Source: Pseudomonadota bacterium
GTDB taxonomy: Bacteria > Campylobacterota > Campylobacteria > Campylobacterales > Sulfurimonadaceae
Length of the DNA stretch: 64,000 nt
Direction of reading: 5' to 3'
NCBI GenBank assembly: GCA_043797085.1
Contig: JAZDQA010000013.1
Location: 1-64,000 of the forward strand
Part shown: one piece after another, positions 37,082 to 47,256 of the stretch
Numbering within the stretch: position 1 is the first letter of the stretch
Layout of the letters: each line of letters starts with the position of its first letter
Translations under genes and position numbers: made by a program
The notes under the pieces: generated by a model
Told to the model about the DNA's origin: nothing
The model's input: only the letters and a program-made list of their open reading frames with translations
The model's database searches: none

Positions 37082-39112
37082 ATGAAAAAAATCTCTCTAC
37101 TCTCATTGGCGGCAATTGCTGCACTTGCCTCTGAACCCGTTACAATTCAAAAAATCACTATTGAAGCTACTGCACCTAAAGCAGACAGTAAAAGTGTACA
37201 TTCAGACGAAATGGTTAAATTTTCACGTCAAAGCGATTTAGGAGAAATGCTCTCCAATACTCTTCCTGAAGTCACTATGGTACGTAACAGCGGTGTGGGC
37301 AACGATATTATCCTTCGCGGATTTCGTAAAGATAATATCAATGTAACGATAGATGATGCAAAAGTATGCGGTGCCTGTCCTAACCGTATGGATCCCCCTG
37401 CAATGCACGTCTCAAGTAGTCAAATCGCCAGCGTCGAAGTCCAAGAAGGTCCTTTTGATGTAACTCAGTTCGGAAGTCTAGGCGGAAAAATCAATGTCGT
37501 TACCAAAGATCCTGAAAAAGGAGTTCATGGAGAAGTTTCCGCAACACTCGGAAGTTTTGATTACCGTAAACTCTCTACAACTCTTGAAGGTGGAAATGAT
37601 ACTGTTCAAGCAGTTGTCGGATTTAGCCGTGAGACAAGCGGTCAATATAAAGACGGAGACGGTTTAACACTTGCAGAACAAACAGATGCACTTACTGCAA
37701 CAGCTAGTATGCAAAGATATGCAACTGCATACAAAGATATGGATGCTTATGATCGCAACAATTTTTGGGCAAAAATAGTAGGCAATATCAGCGATAATCA
37801 AAAACTGACATTGAGTTATTTCGGCGACCGTGCAGACAATGTCCTTTATCCACGCTATCCGATGGATGCCAAGATTGATGATACTGATATGTTGAAAGCA
37901 AAATATCAACTATTCAATCTCTCTAACTTCTCTGATGAGTTAAAAATTGAAGTATACAACTCAAAAGTTAAGCATGAAATGGGAACTTATTTCCGTACTC
38001 GAACCGGACCAACTTCTCCTATAATGATTGCACCGGTTGATGCTACTATCAAAGGGGCTTCAATCGAAAACACCCTTAGCCTTGCCGGAACAAAAGTATC
38101 CGTTGGTTTAGATACAAGTATCCGCAACTGGGACGGTAATCGTTATTCTACCAGCGCTCCGGCAACTAAAACAATCTTGTTACCGGATGTCGATACGAAA
38201 AATATCGCCTTCTATGCAAAAGCCACTAAAACTCTAGGTCAGTATGAAATTAATGGAGGAATACGTTACGATGACACCTCTATCGATGCTGATCAAACCA
38301 AAACTGGATATTCAACTGCTAAGGACAAAGATTATAACGATGTAAGTGCTAATATTATGGCTAAATACAATCTCTCTTCAACAACCAGTATTTTTACTGG
38401 AATGGGTCAATCTGTTCGTGTTCCTGATGCAAAAGAACTTTATTGGCAAAACGGTACACATAGTAATCTAAACGAAACAAAAAACCGTGAAATTGATGTT
38501 GGAGCGGAACATACATCGGGCAACTTTCACGTCAAAGGAACTGCATTTTATAGTGACTTGAAAGATTTTATTTATCAATACAAAAATAGTGCTACAACTT
38601 CTACTTGGGCGAATATCGATGCTAGAATCATCGGATTTGACTTGCAAGCTGATTACCTCTTAAGCAACGATTGGCATATCGAATCAGGAATGGCATACCA
38701 AAAAGGGTCTAAGAAAGATACCAATCAACTTGACAATCTAACAACACAAGTACAAACCGATAAAGACTTAGCCGAAATTCCACCAATGAAAGGGCGTATT
38801 GCACTGGTCATGGATACGGGAATTAATTATTTTATGACCGAATTGATCGCCGCAAAAGCTCAAACCATTGATTCAAATAATGGAGAAAAAGATATTTCTG
38901 GATACGGTATTTTAAACCTAAAATATGGACATGACTTCCAAAATGGTTTTTCTCTTAATACGGGAGTTAACAACTTTTTCAATCGTACTTATGCAGTTAA
39001 CAATGGCTATATTGGTAATGAGTTAATTACAGGTATTACAGGCGCAACAGATCCCCTCGTCCTCAACGAACCAGGACGTAGTCTCTACGCTACAGTAGCT
39101 TACAAATTCTAA
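37082..39112 (+). CDS. TonB-dependent receptor, OprC-like copper transporter
   Basis: Signal peptide, plug GACPNRMDPP (CxxxM), later KHEM (HxM), EPGRS...YKF C-terminus. Confidence 0.85.
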   Translation: MKKISLLSLAAIAALASEPVTIQKITIEATAPKADSKSVHSDEMVKFSRQSDLGEMLSNTLPEVTMVRNSGVGNDIILRGFRKDNINVTIDDAKVCGACPNRMDPPAMHVSSSQIASVEVQEGPFDVTQFGSLGGKINVVTKDPEKGVHGEVSATLGSFDYRKLSTTLEGGNDTVQAVVGFSRETSGQYKDGDGLTLAEQTDALTATASMQRYATAYKDMDAYDRNNFWAKIVGNISDNQKLTLSYFGDRADNVLYPRYPMDAKIDDTDMLKAKYQLFNLSNFSDELKIEVYNSKVKHEMGTYFRTRTGPTSPIMIAPVDATIKGASIENTLSLAGTKVSVGLDTSIRNWDGNRYSTSAPATKTILLPDVDTKNIAFYAKATKTLGQYEINGGIRYDDTSIDADQTKTGYSTAKDKDYNDVSANIMAKYNLSSTTSIFTGMGQSVRVPDAKELYWQNGTHSNLNETKNREIDVGAEHTSGNFHVKGTAFYSDLKDFIYQYKNSATTSTWANIDARIIGFDLQADYLLSNDWHIESGMAYQKGSKKDTNQLDNLTTQVQTDKDLAEIPPMKGRIALVMDTGINYFMTELIAAKAQTIDSNNGEKDISGYGILNLKYGHDFQNGFSLNTGVNNFFNRTYAVNNGYIGNELITGITGATDPLVLNEPGRSLYATVAYKF

Positions 39113-39192
39113 TCCCCCTGCCCTTCGGGGTATCCTAACGTTTCGTCAAAACTTCAGGATTCTCTCTTCCCACTTCATTGGGAGATTCTCTC

Positions 39193-40392
39193 TTAAAACA
39201 CTTCAACTTTAAATGTATCTTTATCCACATAATAAGTATCTTGGAAATCATATCCCCTAGTGTTGAGAGGTTTGGTTCGGAGTTTTTCCTTAAAGATACG
39301 ATCCAATTTACTGCGAATTGCAACAAAGACTCTTTGTTCTTTACCGCTGAACCCTTCGGTTTTTTTCTTCATAACACTCAATGGATTAATCGGTGCAGTC
39401 CCATCATACATACCAAAATGCAAATGAGAACCCGATGAAAGTCCCGTTGAACCAACATAACCAATCACTTCACCCTGCTTCACTTTGGAACCTGAATGAA
39501 TCCCTTTTTTAAACCCTCGCTGATGCGCATAAAGACTGGTCAATCCATTGGAATGACGTATTTTAATCGTTTTTCCATATCCATTTGAATACCCGACAAA
39601 ACTTACGCGCCCCTCACCCGTTGCCAAAATTTGTGTCCCTGGACGAGCTCCGAAATCAACTCCGACATGGGCACGATAGCGATGTAAAACCGGATGATAC
39701 CGCCGCTTCGTAAACCCCGAAGTCATCCGTGCATTACGAATCGGAAGTCTAAAAATAAACTTCTCAATTTGTGCCCCTTTGGTATCATAAAAATGTCCGT
39801 CGCTATGCCGATAAAGGGTGTAGCGTGTCCCTCCGATTTCAATCATCGCACCCGAAACTTCAGGCATGGAAAAAAGTTTTCCTAAACGATATTTTTGCTC
39901 ATAAACAATGACGAGAGGGTCTCCCGCTTTGAGATCCTTTTTAAAATTCACCCGTCCTTTGAACATTTTTACAAATGTAGAAGCCAAATTTTTGGACCCT
40001 GTCGCATTAAGAATATCATCATAGGGAACACTGCTGATTTGCGTGTAAAGAACTTTTTTATAGGTTTCACTGATGATGGGAATAACCCGCATAGTATAAC
40101 GATTTTTGAGAGTTAAATAAATTTGGAGCTGCAGTTCATCATTGAGCGGAATAAGGATTTGTTTGATGGTATTTTTGGAGCTTACCAGCATCTGACAGTT
40201 GGCAGTATAGGGAATATCTTCGGTAAGTTTTTGATCCTCTTTGTCCATATTATAATACAGAGACAAAGGGAGTTTTTTATGTTCTAAAAAGGTGAGAAAA
40301 CTCTCCCCATTATTCCACTTAAACGGTTTTACTTGTGAAGCAAAAATAAAAATGGGCAACAATAAAAATAAAAATATTCGACCCATCATCAT
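39193..40392 (-). CDS. M23 peptidoglycan endopeptidase (Csd3/HdpA-like)
   Basis: HVGVDFG, YAHQ, HLHFG motifs; AAGGA RBS before MMMGRI. Confidence 0.9.
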   Translation of the reverse strand: MMMGRIFLFLLLPIFIFASQVKPFKWNNGESFLTFLEHKKLPLSLYYNMDKEDQKLTEDIPYTANCQMLVSSKNTIKQILIPLNDELQLQIYLTLKNRYTMRVIPIISETYKKVLYTQISSVPYDDILNATGSKNLASTFVKMFKGRVNFKKDLKAGDPLVIVYEQKYRLGKLFSMPEVSGAMIEIGGTRYTLYRHSDGHFYDTKGAQIEKFIFRLPIRNARMTSGFTKRRYHPVLHRYRAHVGVDFGARPGTQILATGEGRVSFVGYSNGYGKTIKIRHSNGLTSLYAHQRGFKKGIHSGSKVKQGEVIGYVGSTGLSSGSHLHFGMYDGTAPINPLSVMKKKTEGFSGKEQRVFVAIRSKLDRIFKEKLRTKPLNTRGYDFQDTYYVDKDTFKVEVF

Positions 40393-40503
40393 CCTTAAAC
40401 GCTGTTTTTTTGCAAAAATAGTCTTAAATGATAGCAAAAAAACTGTTTACAAAGTCTCTATTGGCTATAATCTATCACATTTACCCTAACAAAGGTTACC
40501 CTA

Positions 40504-41298
40504 ATGCGCATTTTGTTTTTTTTACTCATCACGCTAGGAATGCTTGAAGCATCCTCTATTTCAACCCCGCTATTAGACGTGCAAGGGCAAAGAGGCTCTA
40601 TTGAAGCGCCTGAACTAAAAGTTGGGATGAGCGGTTTTGTCGTTCGACATTTTGATGCTACCCACAGTTCTATCATTTCAAATGCACGTGTCATACAGAT
40701 TAATCCTTCCTCCAATCGGGCACTCGTTGAGTTCTCTCCCTACGACGGACTGCGTCAAAATTCTCTTCCCAGCGGTACATGGACACCAAAAGCCGCAGAT
40801 GAAGTCGTCATTGCCTATGATTATGGTCGTGCTTTGCTTATTGCCCCCAATGATGATACCTATGCAGCAGTAACAGCAAGTATCCCTAATGTTGAATGGG
40901 TTCACCCTGACCTCTATGCTACGTATCTTTCCCACAAAGGACATCCAACACCTTTAGTGGAAGATTTTCGCCATTTTTGTACCTCAGCTTCTGTTGGTCT
41001 ACTCTTTATCCAAAGTGCTGAAACTCTCTTTACTCTCGACTGTAAAAATTTTGCACTGCTTCAAACTGTCGCATCCCACTCTACCGGTAAAAATTCCAAC
41101 ATCCCTTTTTACACTCGTGTACCTACAATCCGTGCCGCATGGTGGGGAGAGGGCAGCTCATATTTAGAGTCTTATGAACCTTATTATCTTCAAGAGATTG
41201 CTTTAAACAACCCAAAAAATAAAGAATTATATGAACTCTACAAAGGTAAATTTGGCGAGAAAAGTGCACTATTACGCAACTTTGATCTCAAGGATTAA
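40504..41298 (+). CDS. PgbA N-terminal domain (plasminogen-binding-like) exported protein
   Basis: Signal peptide, VGMSGFVV, RALLIAPN, HPDLY..YL...PTP; upstream of glcD as in Campylobacterales. Confidence 0.7.
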   Translation: MRILFFLLITLGMLEASSISTPLLDVQGQRGSIEAPELKVGMSGFVVRHFDATHSSIISNARVIQINPSSNRALVEFSPYDGLRQNSLPSGTWTPKAADEVVIAYDYGRALLIAPNDDTYAAVTASIPNVEWVHPDLYATYLSHKGHPTPLVEDFRHFCTSASVGLLFIQSAETLFTLDCKNFALLQTVASHSTGKNSNIPFYTRVPTIRAAWWGEGSSYLESYEPYYLQEIALNNPKNKELYELYKGKFGEKSALLRNFDLKD

Positions 41299-41300
41299 TT

Positions 41301-42686
41301 ATGTTCCCAAAAGAAGCTCTCTCGTATTTTCAAACGCTTATCGGTCATGAAAATGTTTACAGTGATAAAGCGCACCTTATTGCCTATTCGTATGATGCAA
41401 CACGTGAAAAATTTGAACCCGATGCCGTACTTTTCCCTCGTCATGAACAAGATGTGAGCGATATATTAAAATATTGTAATGAACACCGGATCGTTATCGT
41501 ACCTCGCGGAGCAGGAAGCGGATTCACGGGTGGTGCTCTCCCCTCTTCGGGTGGAATTGTTTTGGCGTTTGAAAAACATATGAACAAAATTTTAGAAATT
41601 GATATGCAAAATATGGTTGCCATCGTTCAACCGGGTGTCGTCAATATGGAGCTGCAAAAAGCCGTAGAAGAAGTCGGTCTTTTCTATCCGCCTGATCCCG
41701 CAAGCCAAGAATACTCAACGATCGGCGGCAATGTCAACGAAAATGCAGGCGGAATGCGTGCTGCAAAATACGGTATTACCAAAGACTACGTCATGGCCAT
41801 CCGTGCCGTACTACCTAATGGTGATATTATAAAAGCCGGTAAACGTACCATCAAAGACGTCGCAGGATATAACATTGCAGGGATTTTAATCGCCTCCGAG
41901 GGGACACTTGCTGTCACTACCGAAGTCACGCTAAAACTCCTCTCTAAACCAAAAATGACCAAAACTGCTATGGGAATTTTTCCGGCGGTAAACGTTGCTA
42001 TGGAAGCCGTTTATAAAACTATGGCAAGCGGAGTCACCCCTGTTGCCATGGAGTTTTTGGACAATCTTACCATCCGAGCCGTAGAGCAAGTGTATCACAA
42101 AGGATTACCCATCGAAGCAGGTGCTATTTTAGTCACCGACGTAGATGGTAACCTCGAAGAAGATCTTGATTTTCAACTTGCTATCATCGAAAAAGTATTC
42201 CGCGAAAATGGATGCGGCGAATTTAAAATCGCTCAGAACAAACAAGAAGCAAGCGACTTGTGGTTTGCGCGACGTAATGCCAGTCAATCACTCTCAATCT
42301 ATGGCTCTAAAAAAATCAATGAAGATGTAACTGTTCCCCGCTCTGCATTACCTGAACTGTTGGAAAAATTTAATGCTATCGCTCTTAAATATAACATTAA
42401 TATCCCTTGCTTCGGTCATACGGGTGATGGAAACGTTCACACCAATGTCATGGTCGATGGCAAAGATCCTGAGCAAGTAAAAATCGGCTATGAAGCAATT
42501 CGAGAAGTCTTTCAAGCGACTATCGATTTGGGCGGAACACTCAGCGGAGAACACGGGATCGGTCTTGCTAAAGCTCCTTATATGTCCATGGCATTTACTC
42601 CTGAAGAAATGGCACTTTTTCAATCGATTAAAAATGCTTTTGATCCTAACAATATTTTAAACCCTGCTAAAATGGGACTGCACTAA
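41301..42686 (+). CDS. glcD: FAD-linked oxidase, glycolate/D-lactate dehydrogenase subunit
   Basis: PRGAGSG, PPDPAS, KYGITKDY, GHTGDGNVH, SGEHGIG. Confidence 0.9.
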   Translation: MFPKEALSYFQTLIGHENVYSDKAHLIAYSYDATREKFEPDAVLFPRHEQDVSDILKYCNEHRIVIVPRGAGSGFTGGALPSSGGIVLAFEKHMNKILEIDMQNMVAIVQPGVVNMELQKAVEEVGLFYPPDPASQEYSTIGGNVNENAGGMRAAKYGITKDYVMAIRAVLPNGDIIKAGKRTIKDVAGYNIAGILIASEGTLAVTTEVTLKLLSKPKMTKTAMGIFPAVNVAMEAVYKTMASGVTPVAMEFLDNLTIRAVEQVYHKGLPIEAGAILVTDVDGNLEEDLDFQLAIIEKVFRENGCGEFKIAQNKQEASDLWFARRNASQSLSIYGSKKINEDVTVPRSALPELLEKFNAIALKYNINIPCFGHTGDGNVHTNVMVDGKDPEQVKIGYEAIREVFQATIDLGGTLSGEHGIGLAKAPYMSMAFTPEEMALFQSIKNAFDPNNILNPAKMGLH

Positions 42687-42688
42687 AA

Positions 42689-43495
42689 ATGAGATTCAAA
42701 GCGATGTTCAAACATCTAAAGACATTTTTCTTCTTGATGTTTGATCGTGATATTACGGTGTATGCGTCAAGTCTTAGTTTTTACACGATTTTTACCCTTG
42801 TTCCCTTGCTTATCATTTCCCTCAGCCTTATTGCTAATGTTCCTGTATTTAGTGCTCAATATGCATCAATACAGGTATTTTTATTCGATAACATTATGCC
42901 GGTTCAGACCGAAGCGATTGCCGGATACTTGGAATCATTCTTTAAAAACTCTGTGCAACTTGGAATTATTGGGTTTTCAACAATGATTATCTCTTCAATG
43001 CTCTTTTTTCAAAATTTCGAACACATTGTCGAGAAAATTTTTCACTCTCCGCAACGTGGTATTTGGGAAGCAATCACTACTTATTGGACCCTCATTACCC
43101 TCACTCCTATCGTTTTGATTGCTTCCATGAGTCTTAAAGCCTATTTGGAGGCGAACATCGCAGGCTTTGCCCTAAACGCTCTCTCTATTTTTCCTTTTTT
43201 ATTGCTCTGGGGAATTTTCTTTCTTATCTATAAAATAGCTGTTAATGCAGATATCTCACCAAAAGCTGCCGCCATCAGCTCTTTTATCGTCGCATTGGTT
43301 TGGGGATTAGCAAAAAACAGCTTTGTCCAATACGTTTTTTACAACAAAACCTATGCCACCATGTATGGCTCACTTTCCGCTCTTATCTTTTTCTTTTTAT
43401 GGATTTACGTTTCATGGATTATCGTCATTTACGGGATGAAGCTATGCTATTTGATAAATCGCAGCGCCAAGCGTTCCGATACCCAAAATACCTAA
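42689..43495 (+). CDS. YihY/BrkB family inner membrane protein
   Basis: ASSLSFYT..LVP and YATMYGSLS...WIY.SW. Confidence 0.9.
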   Translation: MRFKAMFKHLKTFFFLMFDRDITVYASSLSFYTIFTLVPLLIISLSLIANVPVFSAQYASIQVFLFDNIMPVQTEAIAGYLESFFKNSVQLGIIGFSTMIISSMLFFQNFEHIVEKIFHSPQRGIWEAITTYWTLITLTPIVLIASMSLKAYLEANIAGFALNALSIFPFLLLWGIFFLIYKIAVNADISPKAAAISSFIVALVWGLAKNSFVQYVFYNKTYATMYGSLSALIFFFLWIYVSWIIVIYGMKLCYLINRSAKRSDTQNT

Positions 43496-44704
43496 CGCCA
43501 AAAATGCCGCCTTCTGGCGCATCGCTATTAACGCTATAAAAATACTCGCATACCCAATCCACACCGGAATCACTATTTTATGAACGTCCCCAGCACCAAA
43601 TAACGCTATCAAATACGGATCGAAAAAATCTCCCCATGGTGTAAGATGCAGTACTAAAACAGCAGGGTAATAGAGATTAAAAAGAAGCGCAAGCGGAATC
43701 GAACCCATATGCCACCATCCGAACGTCCCAAAAATCGCCAATGAAATGGGCAGCATTACCAGATAACACCAAATGTGTAATGCCAAAAAGATTTGCCATG
43801 GCTTCCACTCTTCGTAGTAGCGGACAAAAATAAAAATAGAGAGAACGCCGAAGCTTGAAAACCAAAAACCAAGTGAGAAAAAAAGTTTTGGAAAAAATGC
43901 CAGTAATATTCCTACGGTAATAAATAACGTCTGCATCGACACGATCTTCATCCCGCGATCATAAAGCCAATATCCCACAACAATCATCCCAAAAGATCGT
44001 ACCATCGGAGGAATAAACTCCAATGCCCACAAATAGTAAAATAACAATCCAAGCACCACAAGAAAAAGATCACGATTGCCGTGACGATAAGGAAAATAAC
44101 GATTATGAAGCCATCGATACGGCGGACGAAGGAGAAAATATGCGATAATACTCAAAATTCCAAAATGATACCCGCTAATCGAGAGAATGTGACTCAACCC
44201 CATTGCCCCAACCAAGGTCTGAAATTCTTGACTCATTGGAGTAGCCACAAACAACGCACCATAGAGTTCTTGCATCATTTTATCCGTATGCATAGCTGCA
44301 ATATGTCTATACCATTGCTCTTTGAGACTAAGCAGTGGATACACCTCAACGATGGATGCGCGGACATTAAAACGACTGAGGTAATCCAAAAAAGTAACAT
44401 TTTTAACTTGAAGCTCAACCAACACTTCACGCCCGCGTAAATCACGTAAATAAGGGCTCATAATGCATCGGCACAATGATCCATTCTCCAACTGTAACTT
44501 CATCGATGTTTTCGGTTGATCGGAAATTAGACGAACCTCTTGATCGATTACTTCTGCACGTATCAGAGGATCATCGAAATGTTTTAGTTGCGAGTAGTTG
44601 TGATATTCATACGTGAGGGAAAGTGAAGCAATAAAGAGGAGAAGAAGAACAAAAAGTGAACCGCTTTTAAGATCGAAAAGATCAATGCGTTCAAGTTTTG
44701 ACAT
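43442..44704 (-). CDS. comEC: ComEC/Rec2 DNA uptake channel (short form)
   Basis: GLSHILSISGYH, SLGFWFS, many TM helices. Confidence 0.88.
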   Translation of the reverse strand: MSKLERIDLFDLKSGSLFVLLLLFIASLSLTYEYHNYSQLKHFDDPLIRAEVIDQEVRLISDQPKTSMKLQLENGSLCRCIMSPYLRDLRGREVLVELQVKNVTFLDYLSRFNVRASIVEVYPLLSLKEQWYRHIAAMHTDKMMQELYGALFVATPMSQEFQTLVGAMGLSHILSISGYHFGILSIIAYFLLRPPYRWLHNRYFPYRHGNRDLFLVVLGLLFYYLWALEFIPPMVRSFGMIVVGYWLYDRGMKIVSMQTLFITVGILLAFFPKLFFSLGFWFSSFGVLSIFIFVRYYEEWKPWQIFLALHIWCYLVMLPISLAIFGTFGWWHMGSIPLALLFNLYYPAVLVLHLTPWGDFFDPYLIALFGAGDVHKIVIPVWIGYASIFIALIAMRQKAAFLALGILGIGTLGAAIYQIA

Positions 44705-46167
44705 TAGATTATCGGCATCGAAACATTTCCTGAGCTCATACTATCATCCATATTCATGTTGGCACTTTTCATATCAATACTTTCATACACTATTTGTGCT
44801 GCACCAAATGTCGGTTTATCCACAAAGCGGGTGAATTTTTTCTGAAAGACCAGTTTAATATGCCCCGTCGGACCATTACGCTGTTTCCCGATAATAATTT
44901 CTGCTTCCTCTTCTTCTTTTTCGGTGTATTTGGAAATAAATTCTTTCCCGGCAGAAATCGCCTCTTTTTCCCGCTCTTTTTCCTCTTTATAGAGATACAC
45001 ATCATTGCGATAAACGAAGAGAATGATGTCCGCATCCTGCTCAATAGAACCCGATTCACGAATATCACTGAGCATCGGACGTTTATCCGAACGCGATTCG
45101 AGACTACGGTTGAGCTGAGAAAGGGCGACAATAGGGATTTCAAGCTCACGGGCAAGCATCTTGAGTCCCCGTGAGATTTCACTGACCTCTAAGTGACGAT
45201 CTTTTCCCCCCGTACCGTTCATGATTTGGAGATAGTCGATGACGGCGAGTTCAATCTCTGGATGACGGCTTTTGAGCTTACGTAATTTCGAGCGAAGCTG
45301 ATGGATATTGACCGAACCATGATCGTCTACAAAAAGCTTAGAATGGCGCATCTTGTCCACCGCATCATTAAGACGTTTATACTCTTCAGGAGTCATATCT
45401 CCTACGCGGAGGCGTTGAAGCTGTATCGAGGTCTGCACACTCAAAAGTCTGAGCATCAACTGTTCAGCAGGCATTTCCAGAGAGAAAAATGCTACCCCTT
45501 TCCCTTTTTCGAGAAGATTTTGAACCATGTTAAGAGCGAAAGACGTTTTCCCCATCGCAGGACGCGCTGCAACGATGACCAAATCCCCTTTGCCAAATCC
45601 GGTTGTCATTTTGTTGAGTTCCGCATATCCGGTATCGACACCGACCAAAATCGCATCACCCCGCTCACGCATCTCTTCGATGTACGCCATCGTATCATCG
45701 GTAATTTTCGGAGCGTCTTTAAAATCAATGGATTGGGAATTTTGAGTAATTTCATAAAGCTTTTTTTCGACCAAATCAACAACATCATTGCCGTTTAGAT
45801 TCTCTTCGAGCGTTACCCGTTTGATTTCTGTGGTTAGGGTGAGAAGATGACGTTTAATCGCCTTATCTTTGATCTCTTGAACGTACGCCGTGGTATTGGA
45901 AATTGGATTGGCGGTGAGAATTTCCACCAACACCCGCTCATCAAATTTTTGCTTCCCACTGAGTTCTTTTTTAATAAACTCTTCATCGATAGGAAGATCA
46001 CGATGGGCAAGAGAGAGCATAGCGCGGTAAATCTCTTGGTGCGCCGCAAGATAAAAATCTTCAGCATTAAGCACCGCTTCAAACTCATCAAACTGGGCAG
46101 GATCAAAAATAATGGAACTTAAAACAGAGCGCTCGAAAGCTAAATTATATAATGATTCTTCCATCAA
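44704..46167 (-). CDS. dnaB: Replicative DNA helicase
   Basis: [41 protein letters not shown]. Confidence 0.98.
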   Translation of the reverse strand: MMEESLYNLAFERSVLSSIIFDPAQFDEFEAVLNAEDFYLAAHQEIYRAMLSLAHRDLPIDEEFIKKELSGKQKFDERVLVEILTANPISNTTAYVQEIKDKAIKRHLLTLTTEIKRVTLEENLNGNDVVDLVEKKLYEITQNSQSIDFKDAPKITDDTMAYIEEMRERGDAILVGVDTGYAELNKMTTGFGKGDLVIVAARPAMGKTSFALNMVQNLLEKGKGVAFFSLEMPAEQLMLRLLSVQTSIQLQRLRVGDMTPEEYKRLNDAVDKMRHSKLFVDDHGSVNIHQLRSKLRKLKSRHPEIELAVIDYLQIMNGTGGKDRHLEVSEISRGLKMLARELEIPIVALSQLNRSLESRSDKRPMLSDIRESGSIEQDADIILFVYRNDVYLYKEEKEREKEAISAGKEFISKYTEKEEEEAEIIIGKQRNGPTGHIKLVFQKKFTRFVDKPTFGAAQIVYESIDMKSANMNMDDSMSSGNVSMPII

Positions 46168-47225
46168 TCTTCCTGTGCTTCCATTTTTTCTACTTCTTCG
46201 ATAAACCTATCGACAAGCTTTTCTTCATCCAACCGTGCGACGACTTCACCCTTGACCATTACCAGCCCTGAGCCTTTACCATACGCGATTGCAACATCAG
46301 CATGCTTGGCTTCTCCGATAGCATTAACGACACACCCCATCACCGAAATATCCAACGGTTTTTTGATGTGTTTCGTCCGCTCTTCGATTACTGCAACTGC
46401 GCTGACCAAATCCGCTTCAATCCGTCCGCACGTAGGACATGAGATGATATTAACACCTTCACGTGCCACACCGCTGTCTTTTAAAATCGCACGTCCCACC
46501 TTGATCTCTTCTTCAAGCTCACCCGTAATCGAAACGCGCATCGTGTCACCGATACCATCGAGGAGTAATGCCCCAAGCCCGATAGCACTTTTAATCGTCG
46601 CATGAAAAATCGTTCCAGCCTCCGTCACACCCAAATGAAACGGATAGTTGTTTTTCGGACGTAACAACCGATACGCTTCTACGGTACGCTGAACATCACT
46701 CGCTTTGAGTGAAACTTTGATGTCGGTAAAGCCTAAATCTTCGAGAAATTTGATGTTATATTCCGCCGAGGCTACCATCCCCTCTGCCGTTTGACCATAA
46801 CGCTGCTCGAACTCTTTTTCCAAACTCCCCGCATTTACACCGATGCGTATAGGAATATGACGCTCTCCACACGCTTTGACAATCTCACGAATACGCGATT
46901 TTTCACCGATATTTCCAGGATTAAAGCGGATACAATCAACGACTTCAGCTGCGATAAGTGCTAGTTTATAATTAAAATGGATATCGGCTACGAGAGGGAG
47001 AGAAATTTGTTCTTTTATCGCTTTAAGAGCACGTGCATCCTCTTCATCAGGAACCGCCACACGAACGATGTCACATCCGGCAAAATGAAGGCGATTGATC
47101 TGCTCAACCGTGCTTGCCACATCCGACGTACGCGAATAGGTCATTGATTGTACTGAAATCGGAGCATCACCACCGATGGCAACATTTCCGACGTAAATTT
47201 TTTTGGTAGGGTATCGTGTAATCAT
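46164..47225 (-). CDS. ispG: HMBPP synthase
   Basis: VQSMT, ADIHF, NPGNIG, CPTCGR, GCVVN. Confidence 0.98.
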   Translation of the reverse strand: MITRYPTKKIYVGNVAIGGDAPISVQSMTYSRTSDVASTVEQINRLHFAGCDIVRVAVPDEEDARALKAIKEQISLPLVADIHFNYKLALIAAEVVDCIRFNPGNIGEKSRIREIVKACGERHIPIRIGVNAGSLEKEFEQRYGQTAEGMVASAEYNIKFLEDLGFTDIKVSLKASDVQRTVEAYRLLRPKNNYPFHLGVTEAGTIFHATIKSAIGLGALLLDGIGDTMRVSITGELEEEIKVGRAILKDSGVAREGVNIISCPTCGRIEADLVSAVAVIEERTKHIKKPLDISVMGCVVNAIGEAKHADVAIAYGKGSGLVMVKGEVVARLDEEKLVDRFIEEVEKMEAQED

Positions 47226-47256
47226 GGTGAAGATTGTAGCTTGTTGGATGTTAATT

